Of a stretch of 64,000 nt of DNA, positions 1-12,543 are shown piece by piece; the first letter of the stretch is position 1, and every line of letters starts with the position of its first letter. Source of the stretch: Eledone cirrhosa. Its lineage: Eukaryota. The DNA is taken from positions 140,182,001-140,246,000 of the forward strand of contig OZ024742.1 of NCBI GenBank assembly GCA_964016885.1. Reading direction: 5' to 3'. The position numbers and the translations under genes are program-made. Under the pieces are notes generated by a model. It made no database searches. It saw nothing but the letters and a program-made list of their open reading frames with translations, and was not told where the DNA came from.

Positions 1-39
1 ATATATATAATTTTTTCTAATATTGGGATATGTAGATTT

Positions 40-412
40 TTTTTGTATGGAAATGAGAATGGTCCAATGGATGAGTGGAGTATTGTTGAGAGGAAGACAC
101 AGTGAAATGCTGAGGATGATAGGAATAGAACCAATGATGAATGTTGTGAAAAGAAATGGAATAAAGTGGTTGCATCATGTGTTGAAGAAGGATGAAAGTA
201 ACTTAATGCAAGGAGGGATTAAAATGAATATGGAAGGAAGTAGTGGAAGATGAAGAAAGACATGACTGGAGGTGAAGGAAGAGGAAATTAAAGCAAGGGA
301 TTTGATGAGGAGTAATGTCGACTATAGGGCAAAATGGGAAAGCTTGTCACATGGCTCACAGGGCTAACTCCTTCTTTAGCAATAAAAAGGGCCTTAAAAT
401 GATTGCTGTTGT
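40..412 (+). mobile_element. Old RTE-clade LINE 3' fragment
   Basis: ORF 23..253 EMRMVQWMSG...WLHHVLKKDES...MEGSSGR matches the RTE C-terminus (W.GHV.R...EG.RGRGRP). Related degenerate copies at ~33660-33970(-), ~38340-38675(+), ~43290-43650(+), ~51140-51465(-). Confidence 0.75.
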
Positions 413-424
413 AACTCTTCTGTA

Positions 425-740
425 AAATGGTGCAATCATGACAGTGAGGTTAAGAACTTTGTTTTTCAATCACATGATTTCAAGTCCAGTATCTAGCACC
501 TTGAGTGTCTACTACTATAGGGTTGGGTTGACCAAGCCTCGAGTAAAATTTGCTGTGTGTTTGTGTCTATATCTACACAGCCTAATGACTAGTACTGTTT
601 TGGTTATATCAAGTAATTTAGCAGTTTGACAAATAGAGATTGATGAAATAAATCCCAGACTTAAAGATAAGTACTCGGGTTTATATAATTGACTAAAATC
701 TTTGAAGGCTCCAGCATAGTCGCAGTCAAAAGAATAAAAA
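425..740 (+). mobile_element. tRNA-derived SINE, degenerate (MIR/CORE-like family)
   Basis: Head remnant ggttaagaactt...tttcaagtcc...accttgag...ctactatag...ggttgaccaagcc, tail ccagcatagtcgcagtc...aagaataaaa. Related pieces at ~13480-13715(-), 14740-15085(-), 32390-32570(+), 42920-43170(-), 49170-49570(-), 60860-61100(-), 63235-63340(-). Confidence 0.6.
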
Positions 741-3109
741 ACACATTTAAAATTTTCTGTCTTTGTTTACATATCCCAAAGTAATAAATAATGCATTTCA
801 TATTTTATGTCAGAATGAAAACTCCCAAAATGAAACAAGAATAGTACCGTCATTAAACTGAATTCTTTCTCAACTATGAAAAGAAAACTGGAGCCCATCT
901 TGTGTTTTTCTATTTAACATATTGGAAATTTGTTTATGTTAATATTGTTGCAAATTTAGATAACATACAAAACAGTTTTGAACAGCTGGTAGCCTTGGTG
1001 AAGCTTTAAAGAAAACAGTCGCTATTAATAATAAATAATATATTGGCTCTATACACAGTATTTGAGTCCTTTATTCAGGGCTTGTTTAGTGTGTTTATTA
1101 CATAAATCCATAAAACAAACATTTATACAACATACAAAACAGCACAATATGAACACATAATATTCATATTATGAGAGAATATTATTAAAAAAAGTGTCAA
1201 TCAGCATTTTTTATCTATTCACAATGAAAATGTTATTATAATCAAATAGAATTAAAAAGTAGTTAAAATTAAGAAAAGCAGCTATTGCCAACAAATACAT
1301 TACCCTAAAGAGAAGAGAAGAACTTAAAAACAAGAAATAACTGTTTTATTAATATTTTTTAATACTTCAGGCAATATTTATTTGGAAACTATTATATTAT
1401 GTTTTCATATTTCAATTATACCAATGAATGTATTGAATAAACAATAATAATAAATACAGTAATTTTAGGCAATGTTTTCACTTTTTTGTTGTTTATCAAC
1501 AAAGAATATTTCAAAAATTAATCATGTAGTTGTTAAAGTTGTTTTAATTAAAAGAATGTCAAGAAATATAGTGAAGATACAGAATATCTTTCAGATATTG
1601 ATTTCTTCAAACATATTACAAAATTATCATCATCACCACCACCATTTTACATATTTTTTCCTCCTGCTGGTATGAGTTGGATGGGTCATTCATTACTAAC
1701 AAACTCATTACTTTATCAGAGCCATTGTCCTCATAGATAGGTTGGCAAATCACATCTTGCCTGAATATGTACCTTTTTTGGCATTGTTTTATGGCTGGAT
1801 ATCCTTCCTAACACTAACCACCTTACAGAGTGCATTTTATCATGTCACCAGCACTAGAGACAGAAATTACTATGTCTTTGATGTGATGTGACTGAAAATT
1901 ACGGAAGAAATTAGATATGATTCTGACTCTGAATTTTGTCTTTTAGAAGAACTTTTTTGTCTACGAAAAGTTATTTGGAAAGAATATCAATGAAATATTT
2001 GATGTTAAAGACTTTTGTCCAATCTTCTTCCTTCTCAATCTATTTTAGCAAGAAATAAATCACATCATATTCATTTCCAGTTTTCACCTTACCTTCCACC
2101 ACTTACCAAGATGTAAACCACATCTTGTTCCTTTTTGAAGGAAAAGAACCTGTCATCTTCTATCTATAGTCCACCACCACAGTCATCGCTATGCCCTATC
2201 TCCCAACTTCACACTGAAAAGTGGCATCTGCGCATCAATAGTATCCATTCTTTCTTACCTAGATTTCAACAACAAAGACAATAACTTTAATTCAGTTGCT
2301 GTCTGCATTCCTCTAAATTCATCTCCTATGGCTACTGTTCTCCAAACACTTCCCACCATATATTGTCTTACATTGAAAACATCTATCTGGGGGTCTTTTT
2401 GTTGACTGCAATGCAAATAACTTTTCTTTTTTTTTTTTTCTTTTTTTTTGCTCTTGTAGTTCTCTCAGCCTGACATTACTGGTCTAGAGGCTAAATCATC
2501 TGTTATTCTGAACTGTTTGTACCAGTTAGCAGGTCCATGCAAAGCTCAGACTAGGCCTTAGCCAGATATAAAAAGTAAAACCTCAAAGTTTGCATTAGGC
2601 TCAGACCAGATGTGAAATGTAAAATTGCTTATTAATTATTTTAGTAATCAGTGTTAAATATATATGATTTATGTTTGGATTACATAATATATTCACAATT
2701 AATAAAACAATAAAAGAACCAGAACTTGACAAAAATTGTATATCCTTGCCTAGTGCTTCCTCCTGATACATTATTCCTAATTTATATACTGAACATCCTT
2801 GGATTTGTTTTTACCACTCAACACAAAACTGCATACAAAACTCAAGCTACATCAAACAATTAGTTTTAGAGAAAATATTATTTGTTGAGAAGGTTAGGAT
2901 TTTCCTGGCCTCAGCAATGAAAATCATGCAAACGATTAGGAATGTTTTATCACTAAATTCAAGGCTTTCAATGACCATAGATCAATATATTGATTTAATT
3001 ATCAATATCAAAATAGTGGACCTTAAGGCTATGCAAAATGTACTCTACTATGAAGTTATTGATTCTTTCTATTCTTTTTGTTATTTGCAAGTTAAGTAAA
3101 GTAGTCGAT

Positions 3110-3270
3110 GCTACTGGGTTGCTAATGTTAGTAGAGTCTATAGCTAATGTTAGTACAGTGTATTGCTATGGTTAGTACAGTGCCTTGCTGTGTAAGTAGA
3201 GTGCCTTGCCAAGGTTAATGAAGTGTTTTGCTAATGTTAGTGGAGTGTCTTGCTTAGGTTAGTACAATAT
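3110..3270. repeat. ~22-bp minisatellite, about 7 diverged units
   Basis: Recurring gctaatgttagtagagtgtctt-like unit. Confidence 0.7.
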
Positions 3271-3449
3271 TAGGAACCTAAGCTCACAAAATTTCAAATT
3301 TTCACTGTAAATCCTTTTTGAAGATTTGTTACCTGGAAAGGAAAAAAAAATACAAAAACGCTCATTCTTCGTCGCTAAACATTTTTTTAAATAAAAACAA
3401 TTTTTAAAAGGAAACATTATTGACAACAAATTATATTATTATTTTGTAA

Positions 3450-3872
3450 AGTAGTTGACATTAGGAAGGGCATCCAGGTGTAGAAATCATGCCAAAATGG
3501 AGTTGAGAATTCTTCAGTCATCTCAAGAACACATCTTTAATGCTGAATAGACCCCAAATACTCTGTAAAGTAGTTGGTTCTAGGAAGGGCATCAAGCCAT
3601 ACACACTATACCAAAAGAAGTGATAGAGGGGACTTTTCAGAAGTGTCAAGGATATGGCAACATCCTTAATGTTGGTGCCATGATAAGATGTACCCAGTAT
3701 ACTTTATAAGGTAGTTGGTGATAGGAAGGGCATCCAGCTTTAGAAACCCTGTCAAAACTGAACATTATGTGGTCTCCTGGCCTATCTGTGAAGACAGTAG
3801 TTCAGATTAAGTACTGACTCTACATATTCAACACATGCCTCCACGGAAAAGTGAATGTAAAATGATGATGAT
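3450..3872 (+). repeat. Degenerate tandem copies of the RTE 3'UTR / RTE-tail SINE module
   Basis: Three copies of gtaaagtagttgg..taggaagggcatc..g, ending in tccacggaaaag...gtaaaatgatgatg. The same module ends the young RTE at 54800-54965. Similar arrays at ~33005-33310, 45930-46270, 46910-47320 and 49980-50290 (all minus). Confidence 0.65.
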
Positions 3873-4325
3873 CTCTTTAAGTTTTTTCATTTATAACATA
3901 TATTTTATGAACGAAATAACTAATATTTGGTTTCTTCACCAAACTCTAGCGTGCATTATGTATGTGTACACGGTCATTATACCTGTTCCTGAGCCTTAAG
4001 CCCCTTTTCCAGTTTTCATTTTAATGTTTAATTTATTTTGTTGCCTTATTATTGTTTATTTTATTCTGCTGTCTGCCAAGAAGCATTCCATTTGTTCACC
4101 TACATACTGTTCTGTTCCTCTGTTTATTTTCTGTATGTCTACTGTGTTGTCTTACATAAATTCTTCCTGAGGATGGGGAATTTTTTTCCCCTATCTTCTG
4201 ATCTCCTGGGAAGGACCATTGATATTGTCAGCAAATCAGTTGAATTCACAGTGTTCATTCCAGTCTGATGGCTGATGAACAAAGATTTGTTCATGTCTTA
4301 GTTCATTTGTGCAGATATTTTAGCA

Positions 4326-4357
<32 letters not shown>

Positions 4358-4361
4358 ATAC

Positions 4362-4535
4362 ACGCATATCCAAGATGTGGGAAGAAGCAAAAGAGTCACT
4401 AACTGTAACATCCCAAACAAGGCATCTGCTTCTTGACCAGGAGTACAGGTTAAGACAACCAGGTCTTTTTCCATCAATTCTGGACAACCCAGATGGTTCT
4501 AAAATTGAGGGGATGTTTGCCCGGGCCAAAGCTCT
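4362..4535 (-). mobile_element. CRE-like non-LTR retrotransposon fragment (RLE domain)
   Basis: ORF 4320..4529 EPSGLSRIDGKRP..L..WSRSRCLVWDVT resembles the restriction-like endonuclease region (DGKRPDG...WD.T) of CRE-type elements. Confidence 0.6.
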
Positions 4536-4539
4536 TAAG

Positions 4540-5155
4540 ATGGAGAGAAGTCAAACAAATTTATATACATGTGAATGGAGTTTCACTGAAGCAGGTAGAG
4601 AAGTTCAAGTATCTCTGGGCCGTGTTCATGAGTGATGGAAAGCAGGAGGCTGAATTAAGTGCAAGAATTGCAAAAGCTGATGCAGTAATGCGTCAGCTTC
4701 AGCATTCAGAAGAAAGGAGGTAGGTGTAAAAGCCAAACTTGCTATCTTCAATTCGGTATTTCCGCCAGCCCTTACCTATGGTCATGCATCTTGGGTAATA
4801 ACCGAAAGAATACAATCGCGAATACAAGTGACTGAAATGGGATTCCTCCAAAGGGTCTTTGGAGTAATGTTACTCGATAAAGAGCATAGCTCAGAGATCA
4901 GAGAGTCACTCCAGGTAGAGCCACTACATCTCCGAATCACAGCTCCGATACTATAGGAATGTGGTTAGAATCTCTCGGGAAAGAATCACTGGACAAAATT
5001 TACAGGCAAAACCAACCAGCAGGAGACCCTGAGCAAAATAGTTGGATAAGATCCATGAGCTTGACTGTCACACTTTTGGATCCAGCCGGATCAGTTAGTG
5101 TGGGAGGGAGTGTTTAAGGACTCTTCCCCCGCGACCCTCTCAGAAATAAGTGGGC
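4540..5155 (+). mobile_element. RTE-clade LINE 3' fragment, family without PHD insert
   Basis: IHVNGVSLKQVEKFKYL..VFMSDGKQEAELSARIAKA, followed in shifted frames by LTYGH.SWV and EMGFLQRVFGV motifs. Frameshifted. Confidence 0.8.
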
Positions 5156-5523
5156 GAAGATATTGTCAATTAATTTTTAAATTTATGTATCATGTATATT
5201 TGCTTATAATACCAATATGCATACTACATATGCAGGCAGAAAACCCCACAGAGGGCGGTTTTTCTGCTAGTAATGATAATAATAATTGATTGGTAAGGAC
5301 TTCAGAAAGCTAGTACAATGCAGTAGAAATATATAAAGAGCAAGGATTGACAAATAAAACAAAACAAAATAATGTTTTTTACCCAGTATTTTTCAAAATA
5401 TTTAAGGAAGAACATATTATTCATTCTTGTTTAGCATTTGAAAAGAGGGTACTAACTGTAAAATATGTGGAAATATGCTGGGTAAAAACATTACTTTATT
5501 TTGTTTCATTTGTCATCCTTTAC

Positions 5524-5725
5524 CCTTTATATATTTTTACTGCATTGTACTGGTTTTCTGAAGTTCTAACCAAGCAATTATTACATATCTCACAATGCTT
5601 CATATTAACTACATTATAGAAGTCATATGCATATAGTTAATATGAAGCATTGTGAGATATATAATAATTGATTGGTAAGGACTTCAAAAAGCCGGTACAA
5701 TGCAGTATATATATATATAAAGGAT
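5524..5725. repeat. Long inverted repeat (~90-bp arms, ~20-bp spacer) with an extra direct copy at 5278-5338
   Basis: tactgcattgtactgg...cacaatgcttcatattaacta is the reverse complement of tagttaatatgaagcattgtg...ccggtacaatgcagta. Confidence 0.9.
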
Positions 5726-5728
5726 AAA

Positions 5729-6060
5729 GACCCCCTTCGGTCATGAATGACCATGGGATTTGCACCTAGGAAGTTCCCCTCTGAGGCACAAGTCCAGGCA
5801 AGGTTGTTTGTGAAAGACCAGCAGTTGCCCATGCATACCAGTCTCCCCTCTCTACACTACTGATGTCTCCAAGGGAAAGGCAAATGCCAATACAGCTTGG
5901 ACCCGGTGACGTTGCAACTCATTTTTACAGCTTAGTGAACTGGAGCAATATGAAATAAAGTGTCTTGTTCAAGAACACAACACAAAGCCCAGTCCGAGAA
6001 TCGAATTCACAACCTCGTGATTGTAAACCTGATACTCTAACCACTAAGCCATGCATCTTC
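5729..6060 (-). mobile_element. tRNA-derived SINE, long family
   Basis: The minus strand starts gcatggcttagtggttagagtatcagg...gttgtgaattcgattctcgg (A and B boxes) and ends at cccatggtcattcatgaccgaaggggg. Confidence 0.8.
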
Positions 6061-6846
6061 ACACACACATACACACACTGATGATGACGATGATGCATAT
6101 ATGAATAAACAGACAGCCACCACCATTGACAGAGAATGCATTTTATATAGATCCTACATAATACTTGCACAAACTTTTTGACGTTTTTGTAAAATTTTAG
6201 TGTTTTTGTTACAGATGGACAAACAATCTAGTGAAATAATTATTATAGAATTTTGCTGTAATTTTTCTCACATAATTATAGAATATTTGTATATATTAGT
6301 GATTTGTTTTCTTAAATTACTTCAATACATCTATTTAAGGGCATCACATTTGACACAGATAAATGGTATCTCATTTCTGTAATATGAAGAGAAGTTAACT
6401 ACAGCAGTATGTAAACTCACACTCTTGTTTTGATTTCATATAACTATTGATTTATTTATTATGTTGATTATCTTCCAGGGGACATTAGTAATATAACACT
6501 CTATACTTTTGTGTTTAACTAAGGTATCTTGATTATATTACTCGATTCAGGTGGCAAATATTGACAGAGTCATTAGAGTGTCAGATTAAATGCTTTGCAG
6601 CATTTACTCTAGCTCTCTGTGCTTTGAGTTCAAATCCTGCTGAGATCAATTTTGATTTTCCTCATTTTGGGTCCAATAAATATATTAAATTTCTGATTCA
6701 GAATGGAAGATTGGTATAATGTAATAAAAGATGTTTTGCATTATATCTGAGTTCAAACCCTGCCTCCTATCAGAAAAATAAAATAAAATAAAATATGGCT
6801 TCATTAGGATTTGGAAAAAAACAGTGATAGGTCTTGGAAAGTCAGT

Positions 6847-7108
6847 AACCCTTTCATTACCATATTTCTAATGAAATATGTTGTCTATATGGTACAATTA
6901 ATTTTGAAAATAACTAAACACTTGGAGGAGTTTAATAAAATAATTAAGTTTTTATTAGTAAGCTGATATTTAGAATACCACTAGAGAAAAAATTCTTAAA
7001 TAAAATTGTGAACAAAGGTTTTAATATAAGGATAAACAATTTTTAAATAAGTAGTTTTGTGTTGTACATCTGAGGCGGTTTCAGGTGATTTGTTATCAAA
7101 AGAGTTAA
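6847..7108. mobile_element. TTAA-flanked (piggyBac-like) MITE family, ~230-260 bp
   Basis: Ends (t)taaccctttcattacc...tatcaaaagagttaa. Copies at 7809-8036, ~14053-14499, ~42230-42511, 45514-45740, 48166-49053 (interrupted by a Helitron); fragments near 13000-13170, 32600-32785, 34040-34263. Confidence 0.65.
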
Positions 7109-8221
7109 GAAGGTCCTCTAGTGAGATCCACTGAACTTATCAACAGGCAGGAGAGAGAATGCAAAAGGATGTTTGATGCCTGAATTCTGGTTGGGAATTC
7201 TTTAAAATAAAAGAAAGTAAAGGCTAATAAGGGATTTGTTTATTGGGTGTAGTGGTTGGTGATAGGAAGAGCATCCAGCTGTAGAAACAATGTTAAAATG
7301 GGTCAGGAGGATGCTTGAGTGGTGTCAAGGGTGTGACAAGTTCTTAATCCCTCATAGCATTCAGGAGGTCAGAGGACAATATCCCATGTCCATACAAAGT
7401 TGGTTGGTGAAAGTTATTGTTGGACAGCCAATCCATGTATATTCATGTGTTGTCCATAGGGGTGTATTACTAATGAGTACTTGCTATGCTATACAAAGTA
7501 AATGTCTCCCTCAAATGACATCAGTGGTTACAAAAAAATTGTTGTACAGTCTTACAGTATATTAAAAATATATAGACAATTAATTATATATATGATTTTA
7601 ACTGGTGTTGACCAATGCCTTGTCAGTAATAAACCCAATTCTTAGATATGAATGGATGTGTTAAACCATGAGCAAGACATCAGGAACAGCAATGTCATAG
7701 ATAGTGTGAGTATGGAGATGTCTAATTTAGATGGATATTAAGTTAACTTTGTCTTTAATCCTTCCAGTGGGTTGATAAAATATAGTACCATTTAAGTACT
7801 GGGTTGATTTAATTCTTTCGTTATCATATTTCTAATTCTTTTGAAAATAATGAAGAATTTGGGAAGGGTTTAGTAATATAATTAACTTTCTCGTTATTAT
7901 CTGGGTGTTTGGAACATATTTTAACAAAGATGCTTACATAAAATCGTGATGGAAGGTTTTGAGATAAATAGTTTTGTATTGCAGAACTAGGAACCAAAGG
8001 CAATTTTGGCAGGTGGTTTGGAATCAAAAGGGTTAATTGATTTTCTCCTTCACCCCCAAATTGCTGGCCATGTATCTAAATTAGAAACAGTTATTATAGT
8101 GTTGTGTGTAGATGTTAACATCATCCATGTTGCATCTACAACATGATTTTGATTGTTGGTTGTTATAACTATTATATTTCTCCTAGGCTACTAATTCCCT
8201 GGGAAAAGAAATAATTGAATA

Positions 8222-8246
8222 TCTATATATATATATAAAACTAAGG

Positions 8247-8285
<39 letters not shown>

Positions 8286-8795
8286 TGTGAATCCCTAAAA
8301 CTCGAGAAGTACCCAACCGATTTTTTTCAAACTTTACATGTGTATTACTTATGTTTCAGGGCTCGCATTAGGTGAAAAACTGCGTTTTTTCAGCTTTTTA
8401 GGGGTCTTTTGAGGTGTTACGCCAGACCGATTTCCTTGAAATTGTAACTATGTATTAGTCAGTCTCTTCTTCATACCGTGAGCAAAGAAAATCCAACTTT
8501 TCAGCTTTTTAGGGCTTTTTTGAGGTGTTACATCTAGCCGATTTCCCCAAAATTTCAAGGCATATTATGCACATAAAAAAAGTTAATTTTCTTGATCCCC
8601 TAGGGCCTGCATTAGGTGAAAACCTGCATTTTTCCTGCTTCATCAAGGAAAATCTTGAAGATTATCCAGCCATCAGAGTATTCGGTTTATTTTCTTTACA
8701 TATTGTCCAGGCATGCAGTTTTTCCACGATTAGGTCTGTTGGCGGCCCGCGTTCCAAAATACCTTAACCCGTGCAACGCCGGGTACCACTGCTAG
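8222..8795 (+). mobile_element. Non-autonomous Helitron
   Basis: 5' TC(TATA..), internal (GT)n, subterminal hairpin cccgtgcaacgccggg, 3' CTAG; inserted between A and T with no TSD. Confidence 0.85.
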
Positions 8796-9429
8796 TTATA
8801 AATAAAACCACTGTAAAAATGGTGGCATTAGTGTTGAAAGTATTTAAGATTTGGAGTCAGGGATTGCTATGCTGGATATATGAACTGGGAAATTTGTATT
8901 TTGATAAACTCTATAATTTATGTTGATTACTGACATGTGGAAGTGATTAAAGATAAGAATAATATTTTAATAATTTATTTTTAGGATATAATTATATAAA
9001 TGTTCAGCATACATATACAAATGACATAAAGGATTAAATGTATGAGTAATTTTGTAGAAATAACTATTTACAGTGACAAATGTAGGGTGAGAACTCACAA
9101 ACTTGTGATTGGAAAGCAAATTTCTTAATACGAATGTTTTAGTTTCTGTAAATTTTAAAGAGTTACAGACACACACACATTTTCAAAATAGAGAGCACAC
9201 CGGAAAAACAGACAGTCCCATTGCCTCAGTCAACCTCTGGGAATCACTATGGTTTTGGTGCATTAGGGTTGATATCATTCATTCCAATACATTGGGACAT
9301 GACAAAACAGGTAGAGACAAAGTCAGAAGTTATACCTTTTGGCGAATTACACAAATAAGATGAAAATGTATTCCAAGTGCATCAACTAACAAAGAATGGA
9401 AAGAACGGTGCAGGAGGGCTTAATCAAAG

Positions 9430-11420
9430 GAGAAAAGAATATAGAAAGGAGAGAAATAAAGAAACAGGAAAGAATAATATAGACTCCAGTCCAAGTGTAG
9501 AAAAAGTGAGAAGGGAGAATAGAGGAAGACAGATTAGGTGGTGTGATGTCTATTGTATGACAATTTCAAAAAAGCCCACATAGCTAAGTTAGAATATGAA
9601 TTCAAAATAGGGGTGGAGGTGCACAGGACAAAGACAATGGAAAGAACAAAAGAAAAATGATCAGTGATCTCCTCAGTCAACCTCTAGAAATCTCTACATA
9701 GTGGTTTCCAAAGGTTGACTGAGGAGATGGGAATGTTCCTCATTCTGTTGTTTTTTCCATTGTCGTTGTCTTGTGCACTCCTCCCCCTATATTGAATTTA
9801 TATTCTAAAGACTTAGCCATGCTTTTTTTGAAACTATCATATAGATGTCACTCCACCCAGTCTGTCTTCCTCTATTCTCCCTTCTTACCTTTTCTACTTA
9901 TTTCCTGGTTGCAATAGAGTGGATGCCTGGGATCGTCTTGTTGTTTGTACCGGTCAGTTTTTGCGTTGACCTCTCGTCGTATGTGGGGTGGTGGAATGCC
10001 GGCAAGAGTGTATACGGCTGGAAGGAGAGTTGCTTTTAATGTTCCGGTGATCATCCGGCATGATTTGTTCAACTCTGAGTCAACTCTGTTTGCATGGCAC
10101 GACCTTGCCCATACTGGTGAACAATATTCTGTAGTGGAGTAGCAGAGTGCCAGTGCTGTTTGCCTCAGTGTTATGGGATCTGCACCCCAGCTGGTGTTGG
10201 TTAGTTTGCTGAGGAGATTATTTCTAGTTGCCAGTATACTTTTAAGTTTGTCTATGTGTTGTTTGAAGGAGAGCGTTCTATCAAGGGAAACTCCAAGGTA
10301 AACTGGATGAGAGTGTCTTTCCAGTTCATTGTTGCCCCATCTGATTTTTAGTTTCCTGTTTGCTTGGTGGTTGTTAAGATGGAAGGCACATACCTGCGTA
10401 CCATTTTTTTGTAGTATGCAGAGAGAGTTGTCAGGGCATTTGATAGTCTTTCCTCGATTGTGTCAAAGGAGCCTGACTGTGTTGCGATGCAGAGATCATC
10501 CGCATATATGAATCTATGAATATTGTGGAACTGCGGCTGGTCATTTGTGTAAATGTTAAACAGCATAGGAGCTAGCACAGAGTCCTGTAGGAGTCCGTTG
10601 TTCTGGACCCTCCACCTACTTCGCCTGCCATCCATCTCAACAAAGAATCGCTGATTGATGAACAGTGACTCAATTATGCGGACTGCAGTGGTGTTCCGAA
10701 CTGTTTGGGCCACCTTTAAAAGAAGTGCTCTGTGGTTCACAGTGTCATAGGCAGCTGTGAGGTCAACAAAGACTGCTCCAGTAATTTGTTTGGCCTCAAA
10801 TCCATCCTCGATGTATTGAGTCAGGTTCAGTACTTGACCGCAGCATGATTGGCCGGGTCGGAAGCCAGTCTGGTCTGGAGATAGTTGTTCTTCTACAGTA
10901 GGGGACAAGCGAGCCATGATCATGCATCCACTCTATGGCCACCAGGAAATAAGAAGACGATTAAAATCTCGAAAAAGCTTCTTAACCGTGGATAGCTTGG
11001 AGCATGCACAATCGGCGGCTTACAGGTTGGAAAAGTGGAGGGAGAGTGACCGCCGCCCACCCAATGCGGCCTTACCAAACCCAAATGAAAGCCTCCCCAA
11101 TGGAACATCTCTTAGCAGAAAGGACTGGGTAACCCTAAACAGGGCCAGAGCCAAAACAGGCAAAACTGGAGACAACCTCCACAAGTGGGGATTAGCCACC
11201 TGCGCTGAGTGCCCCTGCGGCGAGACCTCCCAGACCATAGCCCACATCCTCCGGGGGTACTCACTGGGACCCACATGCTCCGACCAAGACCTGATGGAAG
11301 CAAATGACGCTGCACTCAATGGATACAGTACTGGCGCGGCAAGATATGATGATGACCTTTTCTATACCTCAGTACCATTATTCTTTTAGTTTTTTCTATT
11401 TCTTTTCTTTCTATATTCTT
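9430..11420. repeat. Diverged long palindrome (arms ~260 bp, centre ~9698), right arm split by the Vingi-like insertion
   Basis: atctcctcagtcaacct / aggttgactgaggagat; agaagggagaatagaggaagacaga / tctgtcttcctctattctcccttct; aagaatatagaaag / ctttctatattctt resumes after 11364. Confidence 0.8.
9897..11354 (+). mobile_element. Vingi/Ingi-like LINE, 5'-truncated and 5'-inverted
   Basis: RT on minus 9897-10923 (QTGFRPG, FVDLTAAYDTV, YADD). C-terminus on plus 10924-11354 (WVTLNRAR...LHKWG..CAECPCG..QT..HI). (TGA)n tail; TSD ACCTTTTCTA at 9887-9896 and 11355-11364. Confidence 0.85.
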
Positions 11421-11434
11421 ATATATATACATAT

Positions 11435-12543
11435 ATCATCATCATCACTGTTTTACATCCGCTCTTCCACGCTAGCATGGTTTAGACGGGTTGTCTTGTT
11501 GTGGGCAGTGTCCAGTCAGCTGATCTTGTCTTGCTCATACGGGAACTGATTCTGGCTTGATTTCTACAGCTAGATGCCCTTCCTAACACCAACCTCATTT
11601 ACAGTGAGTGCTGGGTGCTTTTTTTCCGTGGTGCCTACACGTCCACTTTACAGTATGGGCTGGGTGCTTTTTTGCCGTGACACCTCCACGACCACTTTGG
11701 AGGGGGTTGGGGCATATTGTCTATATGCTTCAGCTTCAGCTTGTACCCATGGGAAGTTGGGTCTTCTGTATTACTGCGTGATGCCAGAGATAACGGTCGT
11801 ATGTCATCGCCCTTAAGAGGTGCAATTGGGTAAGGTCGGCTTTTATCACCTCACCCCAGGTCTTCTTGGGTCTCCCCACTCCGCAGCTTCCATCGACTTC
11901 TAGTGCTCTGCACCTTTTTATGCAGCTGTCATCCTTCATACGCATCACATGTCCATACCAATCAACCTCTTCTTTTGCACACATTTGATTCCTCTTATGT
12001 TCAGTCTCTCTCTCAATTTGTTTATGCTTTGCTGTTCGCGTATATTACTATTATACATCCATCGGAGCATGCAAGCTTCATTTCTTTCTAATCTACGCAA
12101 GTCTTCTACAGACAGCGCCCAGGTCTCACTACCATATAACATTGCTGTTCGTATACACGCATCATACAGTTTGCCTTTCATTTTGAGGGAAAAGCGTTTT
12201 GCAGCTAGCAGTCGCAGTAGCTCCCTGAACTTCTTCCATCCCGTTCTTACCCTAGTTATTGTACTTTCCGAAAACCCACCTCTACTGCTAATTCAGTCAC
12301 CTAGGTAGCAGAAGCTGTCTACTGTTTCTACAGAGCTCTCCCAGAGTTTGGTGGTGCTTGTTTCCTGTGGCCGTTTGCTGCTTGCTGTCCCAGCACAGCT
12401 GCTACATATGAAGCCTACATTCTTAGTTAAGCTTCCTGAGATCCCACTACATCTCTTGTGTATCCATTGTTTGCATTTGGGGCAGAGGATGGAGTTTTTA
12501 CCTACACCTTTCCTACTTACTGAGCAAGGCCATTTCCCTGAGG
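11435..12543 (-). mobile_element. RTE LINE (PHD-containing family), 5'-truncated
   Basis: KGKLYDACIRTAMLYGSETW...WYGHVMRM...GRPKKTW, long 3'UTR, (GAT)n tail. Closely similar to 53500-54968 and 59708-60860. Confidence 0.92.

Noticed and set aside
5985-6058. tRNA genes at SINE heads (also 22637, 29561, 41266, 50949, 59361)
   Set aside because: A/B-box-like motifs continue into SINE bodies, several with TSDs; there is no intact cloverleaf.
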